DNA from: an uncultured Gammaproteobacteria bacterium
Lineage (GTDB): Bacteria > Patescibacteriota > Patescibacteriia > UBA9934
Reading direction: 5' to 3'
Assembly (NCBI GenBank): GCA_964599455.1
Contig: CAZREA010000003.1
Location: forward strand, 31,026 to 95,025
Length of the DNA stretch: 64,000 nt
Shown: positions 45,307-54,797 of the stretch, piece after piece
Layout: every line of letters starts with the position of its first letter
Position numbering within the stretch: the stretch's first letter is position 1
Program-made: the position numbers and the translations under genes
The notes under the pieces: model-generated
Database searches by the model: none
What the model was told of the DNA's origin: nothing
The model's input: only the letters and a program-made list of their open reading frames with translations

Positions 45307-46347
45307 ATGCGTATTGCTCAACTCGCCCCATTATGGAAACCGGTTCCTCCGCCAAAATATGGAGGAACAGAGCTTGCGGTTGCGGGTCTTGCGGAAGAAC
45401 TTCAGAAACTCGGTGCTGACGTAACGGTTTTTTGCTGCGGCGGTTCTTCCGTTAAAACGAAAAAAGTCGAAGTTCTTGAGACGCCGATGTACGATCTTAT
45501 GCACGGATTCAATTTCGATTGGATTGCTCCATATGAATTTCTGGCCTTTGACGCACTTTTTTCTCGGCTGAAAGATTTTGATATCGTGCATAATCACATG
45601 GGCATCCATCCGCTTGTCTTTGCCCCGCTTCTTAATATTCCCATGGTCACGACTCTTGATAGCTCCGTGCCACCGGACTTTCCCTATCTTGCAGAACGTT
45701 TCAAGGATGAAATATTTGTTTCGGTGAGTGATGCACAACGAAAAAATGCACCGTATCTGCAGTACGTGGAAACTATTCCTTACGGTATTAATGTCTCTCG
45801 CTTTACGCCAAATCTCAATCAGGATCAAGCATATCTTCTTTTCCTCGGCACGTTGTCAGAGAACAAGGGCATTGATCTTGCCGTAAAAGCAGCCCATGAG
45901 CTGGGAGAGAAATTGATTATTGCCGGGGAGATTCGGGAAACGGATAAGGACTTTCTTAATACAAACGTTTGGCCTTTTGTTGATGGCGAACAGATTCGCT
46001 TTGTGGGTGAGGTTGGCCATGAAGAAAAAGCCAAGCTGTATGCAGGTGCAAAAGCACTGCTTTTTCCCATTCGTTGGAATGAAGCTTTTGGTTTAGTGAT
46101 GCCCGAAGCCCTGGCGTGCGGAACGCCAGTCATTGGATATGGAAACGGTTCAGTTCCTGAAGTGATCGATGATGGGAAAACAGGATTTGTAGTAAAAGAT
46201 TTTGCGCAATTCAAGGCGGCTATTAAGCAAGTTCACACCATTTCCCGGAATCTTTGCCGCGAAACTGCCGAACGTCGATTTGATCGGGTAATTATGGCGA
46301 AAAGGTATCTGAAACTGTATGAGCGACTGGTTGCAGAAAAGGTTTAG
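45307..46347 (+). CDS. Family 4 glycosyltransferase (GT-B, 'glycosyl transferases group 1')
   Basis: N-terminal 'MRIAQLAPLWKPVPPPKYGGTE' and C-terminal 'EAFGLVMPEALACGTPVI' (EX7E motif). Confidence 0.8.
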   Translation: MRIAQLAPLWKPVPPPKYGGTELAVAGLAEELQKLGADVTVFCCGGSSVKTKKVEVLETPMYDLMHGFNFDWIAPYEFLAFDALFSRLKDFDIVHNHMGIHPLVFAPLLNIPMVTTLDSSVPPDFPYLAERFKDEIFVSVSDAQRKNAPYLQYVETIPYGINVSRFTPNLNQDQAYLLFLGTLSENKGIDLAVKAAHELGEKLIIAGEIRETDKDFLNTNVWPFVDGEQIRFVGEVGHEEKAKLYAGAKALLFPIRWNEAFGLVMPEALACGTPVIGYGNGSVPEVIDDGKTGFVVKDFAQFKAAIKQVHTISRNLCRETAERRFDRVIMAKRYLKLYERLVAEKV

Positions 46348-46355
46348 TCTCATGT

Positions 46356-47543
46356 ATGACTCCTCACAAAAACATCAAATTACTTACATGGCTCAGCTTT
46401 TTCTCGAATTTTAAGCCATGGGCACCGATTGCGGTTCTGTACTTTGCTCAAGTAACGGGATCATTTGCGTCGGCGCTGCTGGTTTTTTCCATCTTCTCTA
46501 TCGCTATTAGTGTTTTTGAAATTCCTACCGGCATATTTTCAGATAAAATCGGCAGAAAGAAAACCCTTGTTCTTGGATCAGTTGCGAGCGTTTTGTCGAT
46601 TCTTTTTTACGCCCTGGGAGGATCATTTTGGATACTCGTTATCGGTGCACTGTTTGCTGGTTTGCAAGAAGCGTTTTTCAGCGGCAACAATGATGCGCTT
46701 TTATATGAAACGCTCGGAGAAGCAAAGGAACAGAAGAATTTCAGTGAACATTTGGGGAAAATTTCATCCGTACTGCAAGTAGCACTTGGTCTTTCTGCGC
46801 TTCTCGGAGGCTTCATTGCAAATATTTCGTATGTATATGTCTTTTGGTTGTCATTGATCCCTCAAGTTATCGCACTCTTCATCAGTCTCGGGGTTATCGA
46901 ACCTCAAACGCATGTCGAGAAACTCAGCGGCAATATCTTTACGCATCTCAAAGAAGCTTTTGCAAAATTCCGTACCAACTATAAATTACGCAATCTGAGT
47001 TTGTCGTCGATCTTGAGTTTTGGCATGGGAGAAGTGGAGAATCAGTTCATGCCCGTATTTATCACCACCGTCTGGCCGGTATGGGCACTGGGGATAGTAA
47101 AAGGACTTAGCAAGGCGTGCTCTTTTATAGGCTCACGAAATGCGGGGAATATGTTGAGGAGATTCTCTGCATTTTGCGTTCTCCTTTTTGGAGAACTCTT
47201 TGCGATCATCTTGACGCTCATTGCCGTCATCTTTCCCTCAGGAGTATCACCGCTACTCATCGCACTTACTTCTCTCCCATTCGGCGTAACCATGGTGGCA
47301 CTCAGTTCGTTAATGCAGGAAGAATTTAGCGATAATCAACGGGCAACCATGGGATCAATAAACTCATTGTTGGGAAATATCTTCTTTGCCATATTTGCGT
47401 TCGCTTTTGGTTTTATTGCCGATCATCTTGGCACAACGCAGCCGATCATTATTACACAAATACTCATGCTATCCGTTGTATATCTGTATTGGAAGCTCTT
47501 TAAGAATCATCAGAAGGAAATGTTGAATCCAAAAACAGTATGA
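46356..47543 (+). CDS. MFS-type transporter (12 TM)
   Basis: Twelve hydrophobic segments with an MFS-like loop 'GIFSDKIGRKKT' between TM2 and TM3. Confidence 0.7.
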   Translation: MTPHKNIKLLTWLSFFSNFKPWAPIAVLYFAQVTGSFASALLVFSIFSIAISVFEIPTGIFSDKIGRKKTLVLGSVASVLSILFYALGGSFWILVIGALFAGLQEAFFSGNNDALLYETLGEAKEQKNFSEHLGKISSVLQVALGLSALLGGFIANISYVYVFWLSLIPQVIALFISLGVIEPQTHVEKLSGNIFTHLKEAFAKFRTNYKLRNLSLSSILSFGMGEVENQFMPVFITTVWPVWALGIVKGLSKACSFIGSRNAGNMLRRFSAFCVLLFGELFAIILTLIAVIFPSGVSPLLIALTSLPFGVTMVALSSLMQEEFSDNQRATMGSINSLLGNIFFAIFAFAFGFIADHLGTTQPIIITQILMLSVVYLYWKLFKNHQKEMLNPKTV

Positions 47544-47777
47544 ATAGTGTAAGGGGGATTCTCATATTGTTATTACAGTTTGTCACAAAAACCCAGCGGG
47601 CATCAGCTGGATTTTTCGTTCGAACATTTGAAATGTAATCTACACTGCCTGCAATTTCTCACTTTGTTTTACTATTTCTTGTTGATCTTTGTTCGCTTGA
47701 TGAGTTGCCTGAGTAAAAAAAATTCAGGAGCATACGACGAGGCGTATGCTCCTGAACGGTTTTTTGACGAGGTGAGG

Positions 47778-49733
47778 TTAGTGCTTTTTGGCACCACCTC
47801 CGCCTTGAGAATTGTCATCCTTCCCGCCGCCGAACATCTTGGCGATGCCCAGCATGCTCAGGCCACCGCCGATGGCGAGGGCCACCCACAGGACCCGTCG
47901 CTCGACCGGGTCCATGTGCACCGGCCGGCCGATGTCATCGATCAGTCCCTGCCTGAGGGCATCGCCGCAGATGGGCTGCGCCTCCCAGTTGTGGTTCTGC
48001 TCGAACAGCTCACGGCACAGCCGGGGATGCGTGGCGATGAACGCGGCCGTGCTCTCGCGCTCTTCCGGATTGCCAGAAGCCGCGAGTCCGGTCTCGACCA
48101 TCACCACATTGTCGACCGCCAGCAGCACACCAGCGCCGAGCATCGACACGAGCGCCAAGGCGGCGAGTCCGCGCACGCCCTTCATGACCAAGGCGCTGCG
48201 GTCGCCGTGCTCGAGCGTATCGCCGGCGCCCTGCACGAGTTCGTACAGGGCAAAGCCCGCGAGCGCGGCGAGCATCAGCAGACCGACGAAGCCGCTCATC
48301 TCACCCGGGAAGCGTTTCATGGCTGCCAGGGCGGTGAGCATGGTCAGGCCGGTGATGCCGAGATTGATCATGGCCGCGCCGTTCCGCCAGCGATGATCGG
48401 GCTTGAAGGTCTCCCCAGCGCTGAAGCCGCCGAAGATGCGCCCGATCCACGCCGGCAGTGCGTTGAGTGCGAAGCCGCCTCGGCGAACCGTGTTCCGGAC
48501 CGCGTCGACGAGCAAGGATGTGACGATCGTCGCTCCCATGGTGATCGCGGCGCTGATGAACAGCGCTGCCGGGCTGAACCCTGTCCCGAAGAAGAACGCA
48601 ACCACCACCTGCAGGACGAACATCAGGCCACCAGCCACGGCGATGCCGAGCGGCATCACGATGGCGGCAGCCAGGGCAATACCCAGCCACTTGAAGATGC
48701 GTCGCCACCGCGGCGAGAGCTGCCCCTCGTTGCGGCCGGTGAACTTGCTACGCAGCCAGAGCCGCGTTTCGTCGTCCACCTGGTCGTCGAGCCAGTTGAG
48801 GACTCCGACCTTGGTGCGTCCGAAGCCGCCCAGTCGCTGCTCGCCCTCGTAGGCAACGGTCGCGGCGACCGAGGCGAGACGGCGATCGTAGAGGTCGATG
48901 ATCTCGTTGCGGAGATCGTCGTAGGGTTTACGCATGGCGCAATCGTCCAGCATCAACTTACGCCGACGCCGGACCTCGCGCGCGCTGCGACGTAGCTCGG
49001 CGAGCTCGTCCTCCGAGAGCGAAGCGGACAAAAGATCCGCGAAGCTCTCGATCATCCCCAGGGCCTCAGCCATGAGGTACGGGTTCCGTGGCTCATCGAG
49101 CACTTCGTCGAACCGCAGATTGTTGATGAGGGTGAGGCTGTCCAGGGTCTGTCGCTGTTCGGGTGAGAGCCTCTTGCGCGACGGGGCCGAGTGCAGACCG
49201 CCGCCACTGGTGACTTTGGGATCGGTCTTGTCGGGGTCGCTCATGTCGGTCCTCTGCGTGTTGATGTTGGTGGCGAGACGTTGAAGCTTGACGAGCATGG
49301 CACTGCCCGCCTGGGTGGCTCGATTGCGAACTTGGTCGAGAAGGCGCTTGAATTCCGCCTCGCTCTCGGGGAAATCTCCACCGCTTTCTTGCATGAGGAG
49401 ATCGGCATAGGCCCTCACAAAGGCGGCCAGGCCGAGGCGGATTGGGGTTGGAATTCCGTTCATTCCCTGAATCCGTTCTCTGCCACTAGCGGCAAGGAAG
49501 CGCACAAGCGACTTCCCCAATGTCGGCGATGCACGATAGGCCATGAGGATCATCTCATGCACCATGTTGATGATGCTGTCGGGGCCCGCACGTTCACCAA
49601 GAGCCCGGAGGCGCTCGGTGATCCACGGTTCGAGGAGCACCATGATGGCGTCCTCGACATTTTCGCCGCGCTCACGTCTGTGCAGGAGAGCTGCGATAGC
49701 TCCCGAAAAATCGCCAGGAAAAGAAGCGTCCAT
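47778..49733 (-). CDS. Large (651 aa) GC-rich (~65%) membrane protein: ~330-aa N-terminal soluble domain, ~8 TM, C-terminal domain; strong SD AGGAG
   Basis: ORF with 'aggagattcccATG'. Codon usage and GC differ sharply from flanking genes, and the high GC produces long antisense ORFs across it. No family recognised. Confidence 0.55.
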   Translation of the reverse strand: MDASFPGDFSGAIAALLHRRERGENVEDAIMVLLEPWITERLRALGERAGPDSIINMVHEMILMAYRASPTLGKSLVRFLAASGRERIQGMNGIPTPIRLGLAAFVRAYADLLMQESGGDFPESEAEFKRLLDQVRNRATQAGSAMLVKLQRLATNINTQRTDMSDPDKTDPKVTSGGGLHSAPSRKRLSPEQRQTLDSLTLINNLRFDEVLDEPRNPYLMAEALGMIESFADLLSASLSEDELAELRRSAREVRRRRKLMLDDCAMRKPYDDLRNEIIDLYDRRLASVAATVAYEGEQRLGGFGRTKVGVLNWLDDQVDDETRLWLRSKFTGRNEGQLSPRWRRIFKWLGIALAAAIVMPLGIAVAGGLMFVLQVVVAFFFGTGFSPAALFISAAITMGATIVTSLLVDAVRNTVRRGGFALNALPAWIGRIFGGFSAGETFKPDHRWRNGAAMINLGITGLTMLTALAAMKRFPGEMSGFVGLLMLAALAGFALYELVQGAGDTLEHGDRSALVMKGVRGLAALALVSMLGAGVLLAVDNVVMVETGLAASGNPEERESTAAFIATHPRLCRELFEQNHNWEAQPICGDALRQGLIDDIGRPVHMDPVERRVLWVALAIGGGLSMLGIAKMFGGGKDDNSQGGGGAKKH

Positions 49734-50044
49734 GGGAATCTCCTAAGCCCTGAGGGCTTCTTGATGTGAGACGAAGGTGCTCGAGGAGCAAGGGCATGAC
49801 GCCCTGTGGGGAGAAGGGGATCTTCTCCTCGATGACTCAACCCTAGCAGATGAAAGGTACTTGCCAAGAGACAGGGGGGATAAGGAGCAGATGCGTGCTC
49901 CAAAAACCAACTGATCATTGACCGGACATCGTACATGTTTTTGGTATTTTTTCAAGTTTCAGGCCAATGCGTTCTTTGTGTATAAGAAAAAGGAATGATT
50001 TGTATCTCTGCGCGAATTCCGTCATACTGTAAAAAAATATCTTT

Positions 50045-50947
50045 ATGCAATGTACATCCTGCGGAAAGGCCATTGGTGCAAATGATAAATTCTGTACAAG
50101 TTGCGGGTATCCCGTCAGTTCGGCGCCACTTGCTCCCTCGGCTACGTCGGCTGAGACCACCTCGGGTTCTTCGGGACCGGGAGATTGGCTAAAGAATAAT
50201 GCAAAGCTCGTCATCAGAGTGATGATCGTTGTTGGAATATTGGTCATCGGAGCCTATTTTTCGCAAGATGATCAGGCGATTGAAACAAATAACCAGGCAC
50301 TCGATAATTTTGACTTAGGAAATAATACGGAAGCTATTGAGCAGTTTAAGGACGCTGCAGATCAAGCGGTTACCGACGAAACCAAGCTCGATACACTCGT
50401 CAATCTCGCTTACGTCTATTGGACTGATGGGCAAAGCGAGCTTGCACTACAAACTTTTAAAGAAGCACTCGCGCTCACCAAACCAGAATCATTTGATTAC
50501 CATCTTCTTTCTGGAGAAATTGCCCTTGAAGAAAATAATCCTGCGGCAGCCGAGGAGCATTATCTCAAAGCATATGAGATGAATCCGGAGGATTATCAAA
50601 TAACGAATTCTTTAGCACTCTTCTATCTCGATCTCGATAGCGTTGCTCCAGAATATACCGATTACCCTAAAGCCTTAACCTTCGCCAAAAAAGCTGATGC
50701 ATTATCAGATCTTAAAATGGCAGAAGAAAATCTTGCTATCGCTCATTATTTCAATAATGAATTTGATGAAACGATTCGTTTGTTAAAAACACGTGACTTC
50801 ACCGTAAGTCCTACGCTTGCCATTTGGCTCGGTCTTGCTTATCTAGGAAAAGATGATGAAGTTAATGCAAAATACTACTTTAAACTTGGTATAGAGAATG
50901 GCGCCGATGCTCCGCAGGAAATTATCGATTACGTGAATCAAGAATAA
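50045..50947 (+). CDS. Zinc-ribbon / TM / TPR-repeat protein
   Basis: 'CTSCGKAIGANDKFCTSCG' zinc ribbon, a TM helix 'LVIRVMIVVGILVIGAYF', then TPR-like repeats (AYxxG/AxxHY periodicity). Confidence 0.6.
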   Translation: MQCTSCGKAIGANDKFCTSCGYPVSSAPLAPSATSAETTSGSSGPGDWLKNNAKLVIRVMIVVGILVIGAYFSQDDQAIETNNQALDNFDLGNNTEAIEQFKDAADQAVTDETKLDTLVNLAYVYWTDGQSELALQTFKEALALTKPESFDYHLLSGEIALEENNPAAAEEHYLKAYEMNPEDYQITNSLALFYLDLDSVAPEYTDYPKALTFAKKADALSDLKMAEENLAIAHYFNNEFDETIRLLKTRDFTVSPTLAIWLGLAYLGKDDEVNAKYYFKLGIENGADAPQEIIDYVNQE

Positions 50948-51005
50948 ACTTCATCATAAAAACACCTCAGTTTCTCTGAGGTGTTTTTGTGTTCCGATGA
51001 AAAGT

Positions 51006-52271
51006 CTATATATTTATCAGAGCATTTTGCTTTGTTGAGATTACACTGAGCGCAAGGAAAAATGCGGTGAGCATTGCTAAATCGTTTTTAAAGAAAGGAA
51101 CATCAACCAATCCATGAATGCACATGGTGAGGAGCGCGGCTCCAGCTGCAAGCACAAAAGGATCGTGGCGATTGTTCCATACCTGTTTGGCGACAAGCCA
51201 GATAAAAAGAAGGAGCGCGATAACACCGAGTAATCCAAGTTCTGACCAGAAATTTAAAAGAATATTGTGCGGATATTGGAAAATTTCGTATTGCCAGTCG
51301 GTGTGATAGGGGCGCAGTGCATTGGGATAATTTCCCAATCCTGATCCGGTGATTGGATGATCTTTTAATAACGCAATCGTTTCTTTCCATTGCGACAGAC
51401 GAACCTGGCCCGAATAATCTTGTAAGAAGATTTTTGTTCGTATCGGTTCGATAGCCAACGATCCAAGGCCGACGATGAGAAGGGAAGTGATGAGGAGATA
51501 TTTTTTTGTGCGAGAAAGTTGAGGAGAAAGGAGTGTGGTAATGACAAGTGCGACAGGAATGGCGATGAACGCGGCTTCGGTTTTTGCGAGTACAATTGCA
51601 ATGCTTGATAACATGATGATGATCATCATGGAAATCATTTTGGCGCCGTACAGACGGTCCGGTGGGCCGTCTCTTTGCTCGCGGCTCGCCGCAACCAAAA
51701 CAACACACGCCGAAACGATCGGTGCCAAAAACAATCCCAGCGCATTTGGATAATCGAACACGCTTGTTATCCGTTTTTCACTATCCCACGGTGCGGGAAT
51801 ACCAAAGCCGGTGATCCACTGCACAATACCGAGAAGCGAAATGACAAATGCGCTTATTCCTAAAGTAAATAAAGCAGATTTCGCATCACGCTCGTCACGA
51901 ATCGTTGTGCGGATAATGGCGAAAAAGAGGATCGGTTCAATAAAATACGCTTTCCAAATCCCCAATGCATCAAAAAGGTGTTCACTCGGAACGATCGTGA
52001 CTGCAAAACAGGAAGCGGCTAATAAAAGGAGAATGGGCGTTCGGTATGGACCAAAAATCGACAGCCATTGCACGCGTCGACCATCGTGTTTGAAAAACCA
52101 AACAATAAAAAGAATTCCAAAAAGCACTTCGAGCATCGTGGTCGGAATCGGACCGAGGGAAAAGCGGATGAGATACGTGGGAAGAAGTGCGAGAAAAAGA
52201 AAAAGTGCTGAACGAAAATCTTTCAAAGAAAGAAGGAGAAAGCAAAATGAGAGAAGGATGACGATCAACAT
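51006..52271 (-). CDS. O-antigen ligase/polymerase (WaaL/Wzy-like) family membrane protein
   Basis: About 10-12 TM with a large periplasmic loop 'SLAIEPIRTKIFLQDYSGQVRLSQWKETIALLKDHPITGSGLGNY' typical of Wzy_C. Start is uncertain (52271 or 52358). Confidence 0.6.
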   Translation of the reverse strand: MLIVILLSFCFLLLSLKDFRSALFLFLALLPTYLIRFSLGPIPTTMLEVLFGILFIVWFFKHDGRRVQWLSIFGPYRTPILLLLAASCFAVTIVPSEHLFDALGIWKAYFIEPILFFAIIRTTIRDERDAKSALFTLGISAFVISLLGIVQWITGFGIPAPWDSEKRITSVFDYPNALGLFLAPIVSACVVLVAASREQRDGPPDRLYGAKMISMMIIIMLSSIAIVLAKTEAAFIAIPVALVITTLLSPQLSRTKKYLLITSLLIVGLGSLAIEPIRTKIFLQDYSGQVRLSQWKETIALLKDHPITGSGLGNYPNALRPYHTDWQYEIFQYPHNILLNFWSELGLLGVIALLLFIWLVAKQVWNNRHDPFVLAAGAALLTMCIHGLVDVPFFKNDLAMLTAFFLALSVISTKQNALINI

Positions 52272-52355
52272 AATGTTTACAAGGTCCTTGACGCAGAAAG
52301 AAAAGATGGTAAAGTGAACATACAATCTTGGTTGTAATACCAAAGTGATTGGTGT

Positions 52356-52512
52356 CATAAATGTACTCCCCTTCAATAAAGAAGTGGGAGTGCATTTATT
52401 TTTAGGGCCTGGGTTTGGCAACCAAGATTGTTTTGACACCAATCTCTCCGGGTTCGACTCCCGGCAGGTCCACCACCACCTTCTAGCTTCGGTTAGAAGG
52501 TGGTGTTTCTAA
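52356..52512 (+). ncRNA. Third hairpin / tRNA-like / terminator module: hairpin+T-run (52356-52402), 71-nt tRNA-like (52405-52475, T-arm CCGGG-TTCGACT-CCCGG, ACCA end), terminator (52477-52512)
   Basis: Acceptor GGGCCTG/CAGGTCC and T-arm are canonical. The anticodon region TTG-T|TTTGACA|C-CAA is identical in loop to copy A, and the D-arm is degenerate. Confidence 0.4.
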
Positions 52513-53934
52513 AAGGAGCTTGCGAATATCTTTAACCGTGGGTCCGCCGATGCGTCCCAACGTCATCACATATACTATACCGCCAATAAGTATCAAGACC
52601 ACAACTTGAAGCCAGGCGATATTTCCAAACGACAGTGAACGTAAAGCGAGAAGGATGATAGTCATGACAACGCTGGCACCAACGACACGCCAGAGCATTT
52701 TAAGGGAAGGAAGGTGTGTTGTAGAACGATAAATCACCGAAAAAGCCAAGATGGCAATCGCGCTTTCACACACGAGTGTTGTCAGGGCGGCACCCCATGC
52801 GCCCCACGCATCAATGAGCAACCAGTAACTTACGATGCCTAAAAGTGCAACCAAAAGATAATTCCATAACATCCGTCGTTGCGCTTGCACGGCTACAACC
52901 ACATGTCCGTACAACGATCCAAAAAAGACGACGACCGCTGCGGGAATTAGCACCCACAATAATTGCCCGGCAAGGGTGAGATCACTCTTTACTGCTTCCA
53001 TTAAAGGCACGCCAAGCACCCATGCTCCAAACATGCACGGGATAGCAACGATGCAGAACACGTCGAACGTCTGCTGTAATCGACGCATGAACATCTCTTT
53101 ATCTCCACCCGACCAGGCATTGGTCAGCATCGGCAAAAGTAATCCCATGAAGGTCACCGGAATCATCGTGAGTACATCAACGACTTTATAGGCCGATCCG
53201 TACTGTCCAATCTCCCAATCAGATCTCCCCAAAAACCACATGAATAAAATGTCACCTTTTAAATAGAGTAGATTAAAAAAGATCGAAAGGCCGATCGGTG
53301 AGCTACGACGGATGATCTCTTTCCAAAGGGGTACATCAAATTGCGGAGAGAAATCAACATATTTTTTTGCTGCCGCCAGCATGATAACGAGATTGAGAAA
53401 CGATCCCAGCGTGAATGCGGCCGTTGCCCACCACAGCGATCCCTGCCAAACGCCAACCAGAATAACTCCAGCCATCGCAACTAAGCGCCCGACCATTTCT
53501 GCAATAACCGGTGTGACAAGTGAAAGACGTTTTTGAAAAACACCTAAAAACATCTGTCCGATCGCGCTAAAGAAATACGTTACTGATGCGATACAGATGA
53601 GCGGAAAAACATTGTCATTCTGCGGAATGAAAAAGGCGGACAGCGGTGCCAGTGCCATGAAAAAGAGGGCACTAACAACGCGAAGTGAAAACAGATTGCC
53701 GAGAATTCGTTTTTCATCAGCTCCGTGTTCGGAAATCATCTGCGTGGTTGTGATGGTAAGTCCGAAGTCTACGATCACGGAAAAAAGCGTGACGTAGGTT
53801 AATGCCGTCGTAAAAACTCCATACCCATCCGTCCCAAAAACATGCAGTAAAAGATAAAACGTCGCCAGACCAAAAAAAACACCAAGAATTTTACCGGTTA
53901 TTTGCAACAGTGAGCTCCGCGCTAAAGAAGGCAT
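52483..53934 (-). CDS. Wzx-type polysaccharide/oligosaccharide flippase (MOP superfamily, PF01943-like)
   Basis: About 14 TM, with a 'LxxxxxGxFxLATFYLLLHxxGTDGYGVF' N-terminus characteristic of polysaccharide biosynthesis protein (Wzx/RfbX). Confidence 0.7.
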   Translation of the reverse strand: MPSLARSSLLQITGKILGVFFGLATFYLLLHVFGTDGYGVFTTALTYVTLFSVIVDFGLTITTTQMISEHGADEKRILGNLFSLRVVSALFFMALAPLSAFFIPQNDNVFPLICIASVTYFFSAIGQMFLGVFQKRLSLVTPVIAEMVGRLVAMAGVILVGVWQGSLWWATAAFTLGSFLNLVIMLAAAKKYVDFSPQFDVPLWKEIIRRSSPIGLSIFFNLLYLKGDILFMWFLGRSDWEIGQYGSAYKVVDVLTMIPVTFMGLLLPMLTNAWSGGDKEMFMRRLQQTFDVFCIVAIPCMFGAWVLGVPLMEAVKSDLTLAGQLLWVLIPAAVVVFFGSLYGHVVVAVQAQRRMLWNYLLVALLGIVSYWLLIDAWGAWGAALTTLVCESAIAILAFSVIYRSTTHLPSLKMLWRVVGASVVMTIILLALRSLSFGNIAWLQVVVLILIGGIVYVMTLGRIGGPTVKDIRKLLLETPPSNRS

Positions 53935-54087
53935 GGAGGTAGTATAGCCACATTTTTGACCAAAGTGCATTTTTCTGCTAATATCATTGGTTACTCTGAT
54001 GTTAGAAGAAACTCACCAACTTCAGTATTTTTCAGATAATGGTGTTGGTGGGTTTCTCCTGTTCAACTTCCCAATAGAGGTGCTCGC

Positions 54088-54624
54088 ATGCAGGTTTCCC
54101 TCCCTACGCTTTCCGTTTTCGCGTTCATCATGGTTACCATTGGTACGCTCATCGGCAACCGCGTCGGTTCCCGCGAGATCACCCTGCCCGACGACTGCGA
54201 GCAGTTCAGCGTCAGCGCGCTCAAGGCGCTGGTCATCGCGCACGACACGCGGCAGCAGTGCTTGCGCGTGGTGCAGGACCCGAGCCTTCACATGATGTGC
54301 CACGGCGAGATCCCTTCTCTGGACCTCACCACGGAATGCTGGGACATCATCGTCCAGACAGACGATCTGCAGGAATTCGCCTGGGCGCGGGTCGGAATCA
54401 TGGCGACCGACCGGCTCATGGAGGACATGGATAGCTACGACGACTCCATGCCGGAGGACGACGAGTTCGACACGGGCATCGACGGCGGCGAGTCGACCGA
54501 CACTTTCCGTCGAGACTGGGACCAGCCCAGCTACGGCTCCGGCAACGACCAGGACTGGGAGGCCGCCGCGCCGGAGGAGATCTCCGTCGATCCGACGGTG
54601 GCAGCTCAGATCAAGTGGCTCTGA
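54088..54624 (+). CDS. Hypothetical protein (178 aa) with an N-terminal TM and acidic C-terminal tail; GC-rich (~62%) cassette with its own GC-rich terminator (54657-54700)
   Basis: ORF with 'agaggtgctcgcATG'. Composition differs from the backbone. Confidence 0.4.
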   Translation: MQVSLPTLSVFAFIMVTIGTLIGNRVGSREITLPDDCEQFSVSALKALVIAHDTRQQCLRVVQDPSLHMMCHGEIPSLDLTTECWDIIVQTDDLQEFAWARVGIMATDRLMEDMDSYDDSMPEDDEFDTGIDGGESTDTFRRDWDQPSYGSGNDQDWEAAAPEEISVDPTVAAQIKWL

Positions 54625-54797
54625 GCCACGATCCACTTCTCACGCACTTACGTGCCAAAGACGCCCGCCCCGCGAGCGCCCTCGGCTCGTGGGTGCGTCT
54701 TTGTTTTTGTTGTGTATGTATTTTTGACAAAGAATAAAACTTTTGTTCAAATAAAAGTATCAGATGAAGGATTTTTTCCTTTACCTCTGGTACCAGC

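Noticed and set aside
47812-49769. Many 60-190-aa ORFs on both strands inside the 65%-GC gene (e.g. 47580-48995 at 471 aa, 48301-48708, 48403-48852, 49191-49769)
   Set aside because: High GC suppresses stop codons, so antisense and off-frame ORFs are long by chance. Only the 651-aa frame has an SD and a membrane-protein-like hydrophobicity pattern.
52405-52478. Possible tmRNA (ssrA) 3' end, because of the GGTTCGACTCC...CCACCA tail
   Set aside because: The upstream ~300 nt is coding (O-antigen ligase), and no tag-peptide reading frame ending in a stop with resume-codon context (…AA* ) is visible. The element is only tRNA-sized, and two paralogs elsewhere are also tRNA-sized.
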